DNA of 64,000 nucleotides from Escherichia coli (GTDB lineage Bacteria; Pseudomonadota; Gammaproteobacteria; Enterobacterales; Enterobacteriaceae): NCBI RefSeq assembly GCF_050920415.1, contig NZ_CP169309.1; one strand, 5' to 3'. Shown piece by piece: positions 1 to 11,051 of this stretch (position 1 is its first letter; each line of letters starts with the position of its first letter). The notes under the pieces were generated by a model. It saw only the letters and a program-made list of their open reading frames with translations, ran no database searches and was not told where the DNA came from. The position numbers and the translations under genes were made by a program.

Positions 1-1364
1 GTACGGCCACTTTCAATGTTGAACAGCCTGAGACCATCGGCCTGGCCATTCCATTCACCGCTATACTGGCGCGAGATGTCGCAACTACCAGCGTTCTTGA
101 TGCGATCTTTACCGTCGTCACCAGCCCGGATTCCGCAATGGCGACCTACTGGGGCCATATGCCAGATACGGTAACGGCGGAAAACGGCGTGGTCTTTGAA
201 CGGCCTAAATTGTTGAAAGAGCTGCCGTCGAGCGCTGGAGTCAGTCAGGTGACGGATAACAATGAAGTGTGGCCGTTGTTTAACGCAACGCAAAGGGTAG
301 ACGGCAACCTCAGCCCATGTGAATCGGCGCGTCGCCCATTGAGCGATGATTTATCATCGCTCTATGCGCGTTATCCGGGGAACACGCTGACGACTCAAAT
401 CGGCTGGTCTACGAAGTATGCATGGTGGGCACTGGATAACAGGCAGGGGAATGCCCTGGTTGTCAGTCTGAGTAATGGTTTGGAGTCGTCGACGGCGAGT
501 ACGGCGTATCAGGGATGTCTGGTCAATCCTCGCGCGACCGTCTCCAGCGTCACGCTGACATCGACCGCGATGGATGCCATTACTCAGGCGGCGAAGGTAA
601 AAAAAGGTGAAGCCATGCCCATTGTCGTTACCGTAAAAGACAGCACCGGGAAGCCGGCACCGAATGTCGCGTTCACCTTAAAACGTGGTGATGCCGTGCC
701 GCGTAACAGCGGGGCGACGTTGTATGGTAATGTTGCGGCGATGGATGATATGACGGTACAACCTGCCAGCGGGACGGTGGTAACGCTGGCTGACAGTGGG
801 AATACGATTGATGGTGTGACAGGGGCGGACGGTACGGCAAGTTTTACTGTTCGTCAGGATAATACGCCAGGATATAAAACACCGTTGACGGTGACGCTGA
901 CGGATAACGCCACAATAACGGCGACGCTGGACACAATTTTCACCGTGCCGACCAGCCCGAATGTCGCCACGGCGTATTTCTGGGGGCATATGGCGGATAC
1001 CGCCACAGTAAGTGGCAAGACGTTACATCGCCCGCTATTGAAATCAGAGTTGCCGTCAGGGGCTACAGCGGCAGTGGCGCCAACGGTGAATAATGAAATC
1101 TGGGCGCTGGCACATGTGATCGATGCTCAAAAATGGGATGTTGCAAAGCAGTGCGGTGACTTTAGTAAAGCACCGAGCTATACCGATTTACAGTCATTAC
1201 ATAGCAGCTTTAGCGCGCTGGGATGGCCATCATCGATAAGCTTCCCCTATTTCTCTACCGATCGGGCCGGTTCGTTCTATTGTGGCATGGATGAAGGGGC
1301 GGGGACACAAAACTGCGGTATTCAGGCATCCAGTACTGCGGGGTTTGCAACCTGCTTCCAGTAG
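1..1364 (+). CDS. invasin/intimin-family adhesin, C-terminal part (5' end outside window)
   Basis: Reading frame open from base 3 to stop at 1364; repeated Big_1-like Ig segments (VTVKDSTGKP...FTV, TVTLTDNATITATLDTIFTV); SinH-like by recall. Confidence 0.55.
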   Translation, partial: TATFNVEQPETIGLAIPFTAILARDVATTSVLDAIFTVVTSPDSAMATYWGHMPDTVTAENGVVFERPKLLKELPSSAGVSQVTDNNEVWPLFNATQRVDGNLSPCESARRPLSDDLSSLYARYPGNTLTTQIGWSTKYAWWALDNRQGNALVVSLSNGLESSTASTAYQGCLVNPRATVSSVTLTSTAMDAITQAAKVKKGEAMPIVVTVKDSTGKPAPNVAFTLKRGDAVPRNSGATLYGNVAAMDDMTVQPASGTVVTLADSGNTIDGVTGADGTASFTVRQDNTPGYKTPLTVTLTDNATITATLDTIFTVPTSPNVATAYFWGHMADTATVSGKTLHRPLLKSELPSGATAAVAPTVNNEIWALAHVIDAQKWDVAKQCGDFSKAPSYTDLQSLHSSFSALGWPSSISFPYFSTDRAGSFYCGMDEGAGTQNCGIQASSTAGFATCFQ

Positions 1365-1419
1365 TCTTAACGGGTCTGTAAATGGGGGCCAAGATGTAAA
1401 TAAGATTCGCAATGCGTCA

Positions 1420-2817
<1,398 letters not shown>

Positions 2818-2859
2818 TTATTCAGTCGATAGTAACCCGCCCTCCGGGGATAGCAAGCA

Positions 2860-2910
2860 TTTTTTGCAAAAAGGGGTAGATGCAATCGGTTACGCTCTGT
2901 ATAATGCCGC
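2860..2910 (+). promoter_or_regulatory. guaBA promoter region (TATAAT -10 at 2902-2907 with upstream A/T-rich tract)
   Basis: tttttgcaaaaagggg ... ctctgtataatgccgcgg immediately upstream of guaB; position matches known guaB promoter. Confidence 0.4.
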
Positions 2911-2948
2911 GGCAATATTTATTAACCACTCTGGTCGAGATATTGCCC

Positions 2949-4415
2949 ATGCTACGTATCGCTAAAGAAGCTCTGACGTTTGACGACGTTCTCCTCGTTC
3001 CTGCACATTCTACCGTTCTGCCGAATACCGCTGACCTCAGCACCCAGCTGACGAAAACTATTCGTCTGAATATCCCTATGCTCTCCGCAGCAATGGATAC
3101 CGTAACGGAAGCGCGCCTGGCTATCGCCCTGGCTCAGGAAGGCGGTATAGGCTTTATCCACAAAAACATGTCTATCGAGCGCCAGGCTGAAGAAGTTCGC
3201 CGTGTGAAAAAACACGAATCTGGCGTGGTAACCGATCCGCAGACCGTACTGCCAACCACGACGCTGCGCGAAGTGAAAGAGCTGACCGAGCGTAACGGTT
3301 TTGCAGGCTATCCGGTTGTGACCGAAGAAAACGAACTGGTCGGCATCATCACCGGTCGTGACGTGCGTTTTGTTACCGACCTGAACCAGCCGGTCAGCGT
3401 TTACATGACGCCGAAAGAGCGTCTGGTAACCGTGCGTGAAGGCGAAGCCCGTGAAGTTGTGCTGGCAAAAATGCACGAAAAACGCGTTGAAAAAGCGCTG
3501 GTGGTTGATGATGAATTCCACCTGATCGGCATGATCACTGTGAAGGACTTCCAGAAAGCGGAGCGTAAACCGAACGCCTGTAAAGACGAACAAGGCCGTC
3601 TGCGTGTAGGTGCAGCGGTTGGTGCAGGTGCGGGTAACGAAGAGCGTGTTGATGCGCTGGTTGCCGCAGGCGTTGACGTTCTGCTGATCGACTCCTCTCA
3701 CGGTCACTCTGAAGGTGTTCTGCAGCGTATCCGTGAAACTCGCGCTAAATATCCTGACCTGCAAATCATCGGCGGCAACGTGGCAACAGCAGCAGGTGCC
3801 CGCGCGCTGGCAGAAGCCGGTTGCAGTGCCGTTAAAGTGGGTATCGGCCCAGGTTCTATTTGTACTACCCGCATTGTTACTGGCGTCGGTGTACCGCAGA
3901 TCACTGCCGTTGCTGACGCAGTAGAAGCCCTGGAAGGCACCGGGATTCCGGTTATCGCTGACGGTGGTATTCGTTTCTCTGGCGATATCGCGAAAGCTAT
4001 CGCTGCTGGTGCAAGCGCGGTGATGGTAGGCTCCATGCTGGCAGGTACGGAAGAATCCCCAGGTGAAATCGAACTCTACCAGGGCCGTTCTTACAAGTCT
4101 TACCGTGGGATGGGCTCTCTGGGCGCGATGTCCAAAGGTTCTTCTGACCGTTACTTCCAGAGCGACAACGCTGCCGACAAACTGGTGCCGGAAGGTATCG
4201 AAGGTCGCGTAGCCTATAAAGGTCGCCTGAAAGAGATCATTCACCAGCAGATGGGCGGCCTGCGCTCCTGTATGGGCCTGACCGGCTGTGGTACTATCGA
4301 CGAACTGCGTACTAAAGCGGAGTTTGTACGTATCAGCGGTGCGGGCATTCAGGAAAGCCACGTTCACGACGTGACCATTACTAAAGAGTCCCCGAACTAC
4401 CGTCTGGGCTCCTGA
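2949..4415 (+). CDS. guaB: IMP dehydrogenase
   Basis: 488 aa from internal ATG ([18 protein letters not shown]...), CBS domains and catalytic [11 protein letters not shown] motif. Confidence 0.95.
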
Positions 4416-4483
4416 TTCTCTTCGCCCGACTTCATGTCGGGCGATTTATATTATCTGTTTCACTTGCCTCGGAATAAGCGTCA

Positions 4484-6061
4484 ATGACGGAAAACATTCA
4501 TAAGCATCGCATCCTCATTCTGGACTTCGGTTCTCAGTACACCCAACTGGTTGCGCGCCGCGTGCGTGAACTGGGTGTTTACTGCGAACTGTGGGCGTGG
4601 GATGTGACAGAAGCACAAATTCGTGACTTCAATCCAAGCGGCATTATTCTTTCCGGCGGCCCGGAAAGCACCACCGAAGAAAACAGCCCGCGTGCGCCAC
4701 AGTATGTCTTTGAAGCAGGCGTACCGGTATTCGGCGTTTGCTATGGTATGCAGACCATGGCAATGCAGTTGGGCGGTCATGTTGAAGCCTCTAACGAACG
4801 TGAATTTGGCTATGCGCAGGTTGAAGTCGTAAACGACAGCGCACTGGTTCGCGGTATCGAAGATGCGCTGACCGCAGACGGTAAACCACTTCTCGATGTC
4901 TGGATGAGCCACGGCGATAAAGTTACCGCTATCCCGTCCGACTTCATCACCGTAGCCAGCACCGAAAGCTGCCCGTTCGCCATCATGGCTAACGAAGAAA
5001 AACGCTTCTACGGCGTACAGTTCCACCCGGAAGTAACTCACACTCGCCAGGGTATGCGCATGCTGGAGCGTTTTGTGCGTGATATCTGCCAGTGTGAAGC
5101 CCTGTGGACGCCAGCGAAAATTATCGACGATGCCGTAGCCCGTATCCGCGAGCAGGTAGGCGACGATAAAGTGATCCTCGGCCTCTCTGGTGGCGTGGAT
5201 TCCTCCGTAACCGCAATGCTGCTGCACCGCGCAATCGGCAAAAACCTGACTTGCGTATTCGTCGACAACGGCCTGCTGCGTCTTAACGAAGCAGAGCAGG
5301 TTCTGGATATGTTTGGCGATCACTTCGGTCTGAACATTGTTCACGTTCCGGCAGAAGATCGCTTCTTGTCAGCGCTGGCTGGCGAAAACGATCCTGAAGC
5401 AAAACGTAAAATCATCGGTCGCGTTTTCGTCGAAGTATTCGATGAAGAAGCGCTGAAACTGGAAGATGTGAAGTGGCTGGCGCAGGGTACTATCTACCCT
5501 GATGTTATCGAATCTGCCGCGTCTGCAACCGGTAAAGCACACGTCATCAAATCTCACCACAACGTGGGCGGCCTGCCGAAAGAGATGAAGATGGGCCTGG
5601 TTGAACCGCTGAAAGAGCTGTTCAAAGACGAAGTGCGTAAGATTGGTCTGGAGCTGGGCCTGCCGTACGACATGCTCTACCGTCACCCGTTCCCGGGACC
5701 AGGCCTCGGCGTTCGTGTTCTGGGTGAAGTGAAGAAAGAGTACTGTGATCTGCTGCGCCGTGCTGACGCCATCTTTATTGAAGAACTGCGTAAAGCGGAC
5801 CTGTACGACAAAGTCAGCCAGGCGTTCACCGTCTTCCTGCCAGTACGTTCCGTTGGTGTAATGGGCGATGGCCGTAAGTATGACTGGGTTGTCTCTCTGC
5901 GTGCTGTCGAAACTATCGACTTTATGACCGCACACTGGGCGCATCTGCCGTACGATTTCCTCGGTCGCGTTTCCAACCGCATTATCAATGAAGTGAACGG
6001 TATTTCCCGCGTGGTGTATGACATCAGCGGCAAGCCGCCGGCGACTATTGAGTGGGAATGA
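4484..6061 (+). CDS. guaA: GMP synthase (glutamine-hydrolysing)
   Basis: 525 aa, [22 protein letters not shown]...; ends IEWE* at 6059-6061, inside attL. Confidence 0.95.
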
Positions 6062-6063
6062 TT
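6047..6063. repeat. attL core (ATTGAGTGGGAATGATT), overlaps guaA stop codon
   Basis: Exact 17-bp copy of 45885-45901. Confidence 0.65.
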
Positions 6064-6109
6064 AACAGCTAACTCATAGCAAATCATTCCTATTCAGATG
6101 TCAACTCAA

Positions 6110-6140
6110 CCCTCTGTTTTTGCAGAGGGTTTTTGTTTTT
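6110..6140 (+). terminator. rho-independent terminator supplied by phage DNA downstream of guaA
   Basis: ccctctg-tttttg-cagaggg hairpin followed by T-tract. Confidence 0.6.
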
Positions 6141-6186
6141 ATGTATTCATTTCTATTCACTCTACACCATATTTTTCGGCGGTACA

Positions 6187-6197
6187 GGTGACGGTAT
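6187..6197. repeat. GGTGACGGTAT, candidate integrase arm-type site (left arm)
   Basis: Same 11-mer in right arm at 45803-45813. Confidence 0.3.
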
Positions 6198-6211
6198 TAC
6201 CTTAAAGGTAT
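6197..6211. promoter_or_regulatory. TTACC-N5-GGTAA family palindrome (TTACC TTAAA GGTAT), ~45 bp upstream of int
   Basis: Member of 13-copy intergenic motif family. Confidence 0.45.
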
Positions 6212-6253
6212 ACTCTCATACCGTCATGAAAATGGTTTCTATACGGGTGAATT

Positions 6254-7504
6254 GTGCTTACCGATACAAAATTAAAAAACCTCAAGCCGCAGGACAAACT
6301 GTACAAGGTCTCCGATCGTGACGGGCTGTATGTAGCTGTGCTTACGTCAGGCACGGTCTCGTTTCGCTATGACTACCGTATCAACGGTCGCCGCGAAACA
6401 CTGGTAATCGGGCAGTATGGGCGTGACGGTATCAGCCTGGCAGAAGCGCGAGAAGAACTGATTGCTGCAAAGAAGCTGCTTAAAGCAGGCCAGTCGCCGG
6501 CTGCGGCTAAACGTGACGGTATCAAAAAGATTCGTGGTGCCGAGACGTTTGCGGTACATACCGACAGTTATATGAAACACGTCATCCTGGCTGACAGTAC
6601 CCGCGCAATGAAGCAGGCGGTGATCGACCGTGACATACTTCCGGTTCTTGGCAACAAAATGATGGCTGAAATTACCACATCGATGGTTCGTGATTTGTGT
6701 GACCGGATTGTCGAACGCGGTGGTCGGGCAACAGCAGTACAGGCCAGGGAGATCATCAGCAGCGTATACCGTCACGCCAATGACCGTGGTCATGGTTTGT
6801 TTAATCCTGCGGCTGACATTAAACCTTCGTCTATCGCCATATTTAAACCACGAGAGCGAACACTGACACCAGAAGAAATTGGCCTGTTCTTCCGCACGCT
6901 GGATGCCATTGGTGCTATGGGCACTATGAAAATGGCTTTAAAGCTGGTGCTTATCACTATGGTTCGTAAAGGCGAATTCACCAATGCAACGTGGGATGAA
7001 ATAGATTTTAAAAAATGGACATGGACAATTCCTTCAGACCGCATGAAGGGAAGCCGGGCGCACGTTATTTACCTGCCTAAACAGGCACAGGATATATTGG
7101 TTGGGTTGCAGATGTGCGCTGGTGGAAGTGAATATCTGGTTCCTGGTCGTTACAATTTCCGGAAGCCATTATCTAATGCCGCGCTGAACTCTCTGATCGA
7201 CAGAACGGTGAAAATAATAAATGAAGATGGTGAGCATATTCAGGGCTTCACCGTACACGATATGCGCCGTACAGCCAGTACGTTGTTGCATGAGGCTGGT
7301 TATCCTTCAGACTGGATTGAAAAGGCTCTGGCACATGAGCAGAAAGGTGTGCGCGCCGTATATAACAAAGCGGAATACGCCAGACAGCGCGCCTACATGT
7401 TGCAGCAGTGGGCCGATATGATTGATTCCTGGATTAACGGGGAGCATACGGATCTGATTCCGTTCTCCCCGTCGAAGTTTGAGAAGTGGATGGCGGGGGA
7501 ATAA
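6254..7504 (+). CDS. int: tyrosine integrase (P4-like family)
   Basis: 416 aa, GTG start; N-term LTDTKLKNLKP...RDGLYV (DUF4102-like arm-binding), C-terminal catalytic domain with HDMRRT... Confidence 0.9.
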   Translation: MLTDTKLKNLKPQDKLYKVSDRDGLYVAVLTSGTVSFRYDYRINGRRETLVIGQYGRDGISLAEAREELIAAKKLLKAGQSPAAAKRDGIKKIRGAETFAVHTDSYMKHVILADSTRAMKQAVIDRDILPVLGNKMMAEITTSMVRDLCDRIVERGGRATAVQAREIISSVYRHANDRGHGLFNPAADIKPSSIAIFKPRERTLTPEEIGLFFRTLDAIGAMGTMKMALKLVLITMVRKGEFTNATWDEIDFKKWTWTIPSDRMKGSRAHVIYLPKQAQDILVGLQMCAGGSEYLVPGRYNFRKPLSNAALNSLIDRTVKIINEDGEHIQGFTVHDMRRTASTLLHEAGYPSDWIEKALAHEQKGVRAVYNKAEYARQRAYMLQQWADMIDSWINGEHTDLIPFSPSKFEKWMAGE

Positions 7505-7507
7505 CGT

Positions 7508-7702
7508 TTAATAGTTCTGCTGATTTTCTTCCATCTCTGCTTCTGCTGCCAGTGATTCAATTTTGTTTTCGAATATTGCTGACAGTGTTGCAAATTCAGC
7601 ATCAGTGACGGCGGGAATTGGAACAAACCTGATCCCGCTGTGTGCAAGCATGTTTGCAGTTTCAAGGCATTTTCTTAAATCTGCTGGTGATGCCCTGTTC
7701 AT
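7508..7702 (-). CDS. hypothetical small protein, translationally coupled to methyltransferase
   Basis: ATG at 7702 overlaps upstream stop (ATGA); 64 aa MNRASPADLRKCLETANMLAHSGIRF... Confidence 0.4.
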   Translation of the reverse strand: MNRASPADLRKCLETANMLAHSGIRFVPIPAVTDAEFATLSAIFENKIESLAAEAEMEENQQNY

Positions 7703-8349
7703 GCAGCACGCTCCCGCCCCTGGTTGTCTGTTGGTGACAGCGGAGAATTGCTGAATGCATTTGTTAATCCGCCAATATCCAACGCGTATCCAGGGTGTAG
7801 TTGCACTGCCGGGTCTTCGCACTGATTACCCCAAACATCGAAGCCATGAGACGACTGGCGGGCGAATAGTTCAATGCGAGAAACATCGCCTAACAATTGC
7901 ACAAGTTTTTCACGAACGACATCTGGTTTTCTTGAGTGCTCAAGCCGCGGTGCGGTAAATGACTGAACGATCCCTGCATTAATGCGCGGAGGTAGTTTTC
8001 CCTTTACCGCAAACAGGCAATCTTCACTATTGGCGCGAGTCATGTGTCCCATACCCATAACAAGTTTATCTGGTTGTCGACTACCACATTTTATCCACGT
8101 GAAGCCCTTCATCGTCATCAGACGGAATCCCCAGGCTTCAACAACTTTTAGTGCTTCGAGTGGTTGTGTTGGCACCCACCACATGGCCAACAGACAGTTT
8201 TCATCGGCCAAATCCCACACAGGAAGGCGGCAGATATCCAGCACACTCATAACCGGATATTTAAAACCGGCACCGCGATTACCATCTGCGGCTTTGTCCC
8301 GGTATACCCAGGGTGGATCTGCATAGATTAGTGTGTATTTCTTAGTCAT
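7699..8349 (-). CDS. MT-A70 family N6-adenine DNA methyltransferase (orphan)
   Basis: MTKKYTLIYADPPW... DPPW catalytic motif; no adjacent restriction enzyme. Confidence 0.8.
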   Translation of the reverse strand: MTKKYTLIYADPPWVYRDKAADGNRGAGFKYPVMSVLDICRLPVWDLADENCLLAMWWVPTQPLEALKVVEAWGFRLMTMKGFTWIKCGSRQPDKLVMGMGHMTRANSEDCLFAVKGKLPPRINAGIVQSFTAPRLEHSRKPDVVREKLVQLLGDVSRIELFARQSSHGFDVWGNQCEDPAVQLHPGYALDIGGLTNAFSNSPLSPTDNQGRERAA

Positions 8350-8641
8350 AAACCACCCCACAACATCCTATGCCGCTATAGTCGCCACGGCGAAGGCCGT
8401 TACCTTTTGTGATACATTGGTCCCTGCGAACCGCGATCCTTGCACGTTCAACATCACCAGAAGCAACATCCATACACTGAAGCCAAAGGTGGGCGGCAAT
8501 GCGGAACTGCCCTTTTTTCTCTCTTTCAATCGCGCGTTTTTCGATCTCTATCGCCGCAGGAGTAACGGCGACAATCTTTGACGGACTGCGCATTGAAACC
8601 TTGTTCATGTGATATTTTTCAAGTCGGCTTAACTTTCTCAC
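8342..8641 (-). CDS. hypothetical protein
   Basis: 99-aa ORF filling gap between methyltransferase and alpA; charged, protein-like composition; start uncertain. Confidence 0.3.
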   Translation of the reverse strand: MRKLSRLEKYHMNKVSMRSPSKIVAVTPAAIEIEKRAIEREKKGQFRIAAHLWLQCMDVASGDVERARIAVRRDQCITKGNGLRRGDYSGIGCCGVVYD

Positions 8642-8750
8642 TTAATCCAACCCTCTCTGAAAATTAATGCCAGCAGATAAAGCCATGCTGAAACAGAGGC
8701 CAGGAATAAGTACCATCCTGACCATTTGCTCCAGTGCCTTAGCAGCGCAC

Positions 8751-8999
8751 TCATGCAGCGTTGCTCACGGGACGATATACACGTTGCTGAACAGGAGGTT
8801 TTTTACCCTGGAACTCTGCCGGGCTTGCTGCCTGACGTTCATCAAGCCAACGCTCAACTTCGTCACGGTTCCATGCGCAGCGTTTGTCAGTGATATACCA
8901 GCGTTTAGGAAATTCCCCTGCGCGCTCCATACGGTCGATAGTGCTCCATGACAGTGGCACCACCGCCAGGAGTTCCTTCTTACCTAATGCACCTTTCAT
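8751..8999 (-). CDS. AlpA-family phage transcriptional regulator / excisionase-like
   Basis: LLAVVPLSWSTIDRMERAGEFPKRWYITDKRCAWNRDEVERWL matches AlpA HTH pattern. Confidence 0.75.
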   Translation of the reverse strand: MKGALGKKELLAVVPLSWSTIDRMERAGEFPKRWYITDKRCAWNRDEVERWLDERQAASPAEFQGKKPPVQQRVYRPVSNAA

Positions 9000-9048
9000 A
9001 AATACCTCTCTTGGTTGCAGTGCGGCGCGTGTGGCGCCGCGGTGGTGG

Positions 9049-9930
9049 TTACATAGATGTTTCGTTTAATTCTTCCCGACGAACGCTGTAAACGTCGGTG
9101 GCTTTTGCCAGCAGTTCGTCATCATCTGAAAGTTTTTGTGCAATGTATTTGTAAGCCTTATCCAGTTCGGAGACAGTGCTGTAATTCATCGCTGCGCTGG
9201 TAAAGGCCATCAGCATTTCTTCTGGATCACGGCTATCCGCTTTACGAGTTTGCTCATCAGGCTTTTTCACTGGTTTAGCGTTGATCAGACTGTTCATTCC
9301 CGCAGCAGTAGTTGTTTGCGGAGTAATGTCTCGCTCAACGCGCGGTGCCGTTTCCTGTAATTCGTCAGGGGTGTAAACACCGAGAAGCACATCAGGAGCG
9401 TGCAGGCGAGCCCATCGTTTCGTGCAAAGATAGGCAAGCTGCTGGCGCGGATCCTGTTCCCACAATGGAGAGTTACGCACTCCGGCTTGCGCCATACTGA
9501 TGGTAAGCTCACGGGGTTCTGCTTCTCCTTTAAGAACTGCTGACACAGTTACCGTCAGATTCGGTGATTTATCTGTTTTGCCGTTAACATTCGACCAGTC
9601 ACCGCTCCAGCGATAATTCAGGCGTGTCGCTAGCAGGCTGGAAGAGGATACGACCGCGTTTACCAACTGTGCTTCGTAGCCTAACGTTCCGTTTACCACA
9701 TGCGTTTTCTGCGCCACGGCGAAAGGGTTCATTCCCCACTGTGCCGCCTGCATGGTCACCGCCAGACAATCGGCAGTTTTGCCTTCAAGATGTTTCGGTA
9801 CAGTCGCTTTGCTTTGTGACATCAACTCCGCGAAACGCACCAGTTGATTCATGCCCTCCGGGCTGAAGATTGCCGCAGCAGTACCTACAGTTGCGCCTGG
9901 TTGTGATGTGATTGCGATATCATTGCTCAT
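9049..9930 (-). CDS. RecT/Bet-family single-strand annealing protein
   Basis: 293 aa; shares ERDITP and surrounding pattern with lambda Bet; start overlaps exonuclease stop. Confidence 0.65.
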   Translation of the reverse strand: MSNDIAITSQPGATVGTAAAIFSPEGMNQLVRFAELMSQSKATVPKHLEGKTADCLAVTMQAAQWGMNPFAVAQKTHVVNGTLGYEAQLVNAVVSSSSLLATRLNYRWSGDWSNVNGKTDKSPNLTVTVSAVLKGEAEPRELTISMAQAGVRNSPLWEQDPRQQLAYLCTKRWARLHAPDVLLGVYTPDELQETAPRVERDITPQTTTAAGMNSLINAKPVKKPDEQTRKADSRDPEEMLMAFTSAAMNYSTVSELDKAYKYIAQKLSDDDELLAKATDVYSVRREELNETSM

Positions 9931-10748
9931 ACGTACATATCCTGTTTACGTGCCCAGTCAGGGCGTTTAATAATTTCCACGCCGCCCCATTCATCATTGA
10001 TGCGGCATTCGTGATAGGTATTCAGATCCCGGCGGAACAGAGCGTGCCCGGCATCGACATCCGGCGCATCCAGCTCGAACACGCGTACCGGATACCGACC
10101 ACAATCAATGCTTTCGCTCACGGCAAGAAAGAAAAAACCATGCGACTGACCAGTAACCCTCATTGCGCCTTCGCGGTACATTGCGTCCTGCACGTGGTAG
10201 CGGAATTCCTCGATGTGGCGTGCAAAACGATCCATATCTGCAACCTTTTTCACGTCGACGATCACGTTGTGCTCGTTCAGCCATTTGTCTGGACGAATGC
10301 GGCACAACTCACCAGTCTCTTCATCATTCCAGTACATTGATGCTTCGCAGTAACCAGGTGCTTCCAGCATCCAGCGTGCCGCCGGGTGAGCCATTGCGCT
10401 ATCACGCATCAGCTCCAGTTTCCGCCACTGCTCGGCATCAAGTACCGTAATCCCCATATCCGCTACATCACGAAGAAATGCTTCTTCGTCAGCTTTACCT
10501 TGTTTCGTCCGACGATCGAACTTCGGTGAAACAATGAAGCGTTTGTCGAATTCTCCAGGCTCCAGAAGCAGAGAGTGCAATGCGGTTCCCATATCCAGTG
10601 CAGACTTTTTCTCTTCGTCTTCTGGTGCTGCCTGAACCCATTTAAGAAGCGCCGGATTCTTGGCAACCATGTCCAGTTGCGACTTACTCACGCCGTCACC
10701 GGCGTGGTAGTCTTCGTTGCTGATGTCGAAATAAATTCCCGGTTTCAT
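9927..10748 (-). CDS. PD-(D/E)XK phage exonuclease (DUF3799/RecE-like)
   Basis: 273 aa; D...VDVKK motif; upstream partner of annealing protein. Confidence 0.65.
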   Translation of the reverse strand: MKPGIYFDISNEDYHAGDGVSKSQLDMVAKNPALLKWVQAAPEDEEKKSALDMGTALHSLLLEPGEFDKRFIVSPKFDRRTKQGKADEEAFLRDVADMGITVLDAEQWRKLELMRDSAMAHPAARWMLEAPGYCEASMYWNDEETGELCRIRPDKWLNEHNVIVDVKKVADMDRFARHIEEFRYHVQDAMYREGAMRVTGQSHGFFFLAVSESIDCGRYPVRVFELDAPDVDAGHALFRRDLNTYHECRINDEWGGVEIIKRPDWARKQDMYV

Positions 10749-11044
10749 GCCGCTTCCCTCTGCCCATCAATCCGATCCGCCAGATCCCAGCGGGCGATAA
10801 TTGCCATTGCCTCGCGACGGTAGGCATCCATAAGTTCTTCGAACTCAGGGCTGTCTTTAGCTGCCTCCAGCACTTCCTGGCGAACGCCTTTGCCTGTTAC
10901 ACCGTCAAAAGTTGAGGCCAGTTGATGAAGCCGGATGCTATCAATCAGTTCAACTTGTCGGTCATATAGCTGTTCTGACAGGCGGTAGTCCTTGTCGAAT
11001 GCCAGCATGATTTTTTGAAGATTTTTCTGCTGATTAACGTTCAT
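10745..11044 (-). CDS. hypothetical protein
   Basis: ATG at 11044 with GAGGTG RBS; stop overlaps exonuclease start. Confidence 0.5.
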   Translation of the reverse strand: MNVNQQKNLQKIMLAFDKDYRLSEQLYDRQVELIDSIRLHQLASTFDGVTGKGVRQEVLEAAKDSPEFEELMDAYRREAMAIIARWDLADRIDGQREAA

Positions 11045-11051
11045 ACCCACC

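Noticed and set aside
2952-4367. 471-aa ORF antisense to guaB
   Set aside because: Shadow ORF inside a well-supported, highly conserved gene; composition is Arg/His/Thr-rich and not protein-like.
4416-4483. Hairpin in the guaB-guaA intergenic region as a terminator
   Set aside because: guaBA is a known operon; the hairpin (cgcccgac...gtcgggcg) lacks a T-tract and is more likely an RNA stability or processing element.
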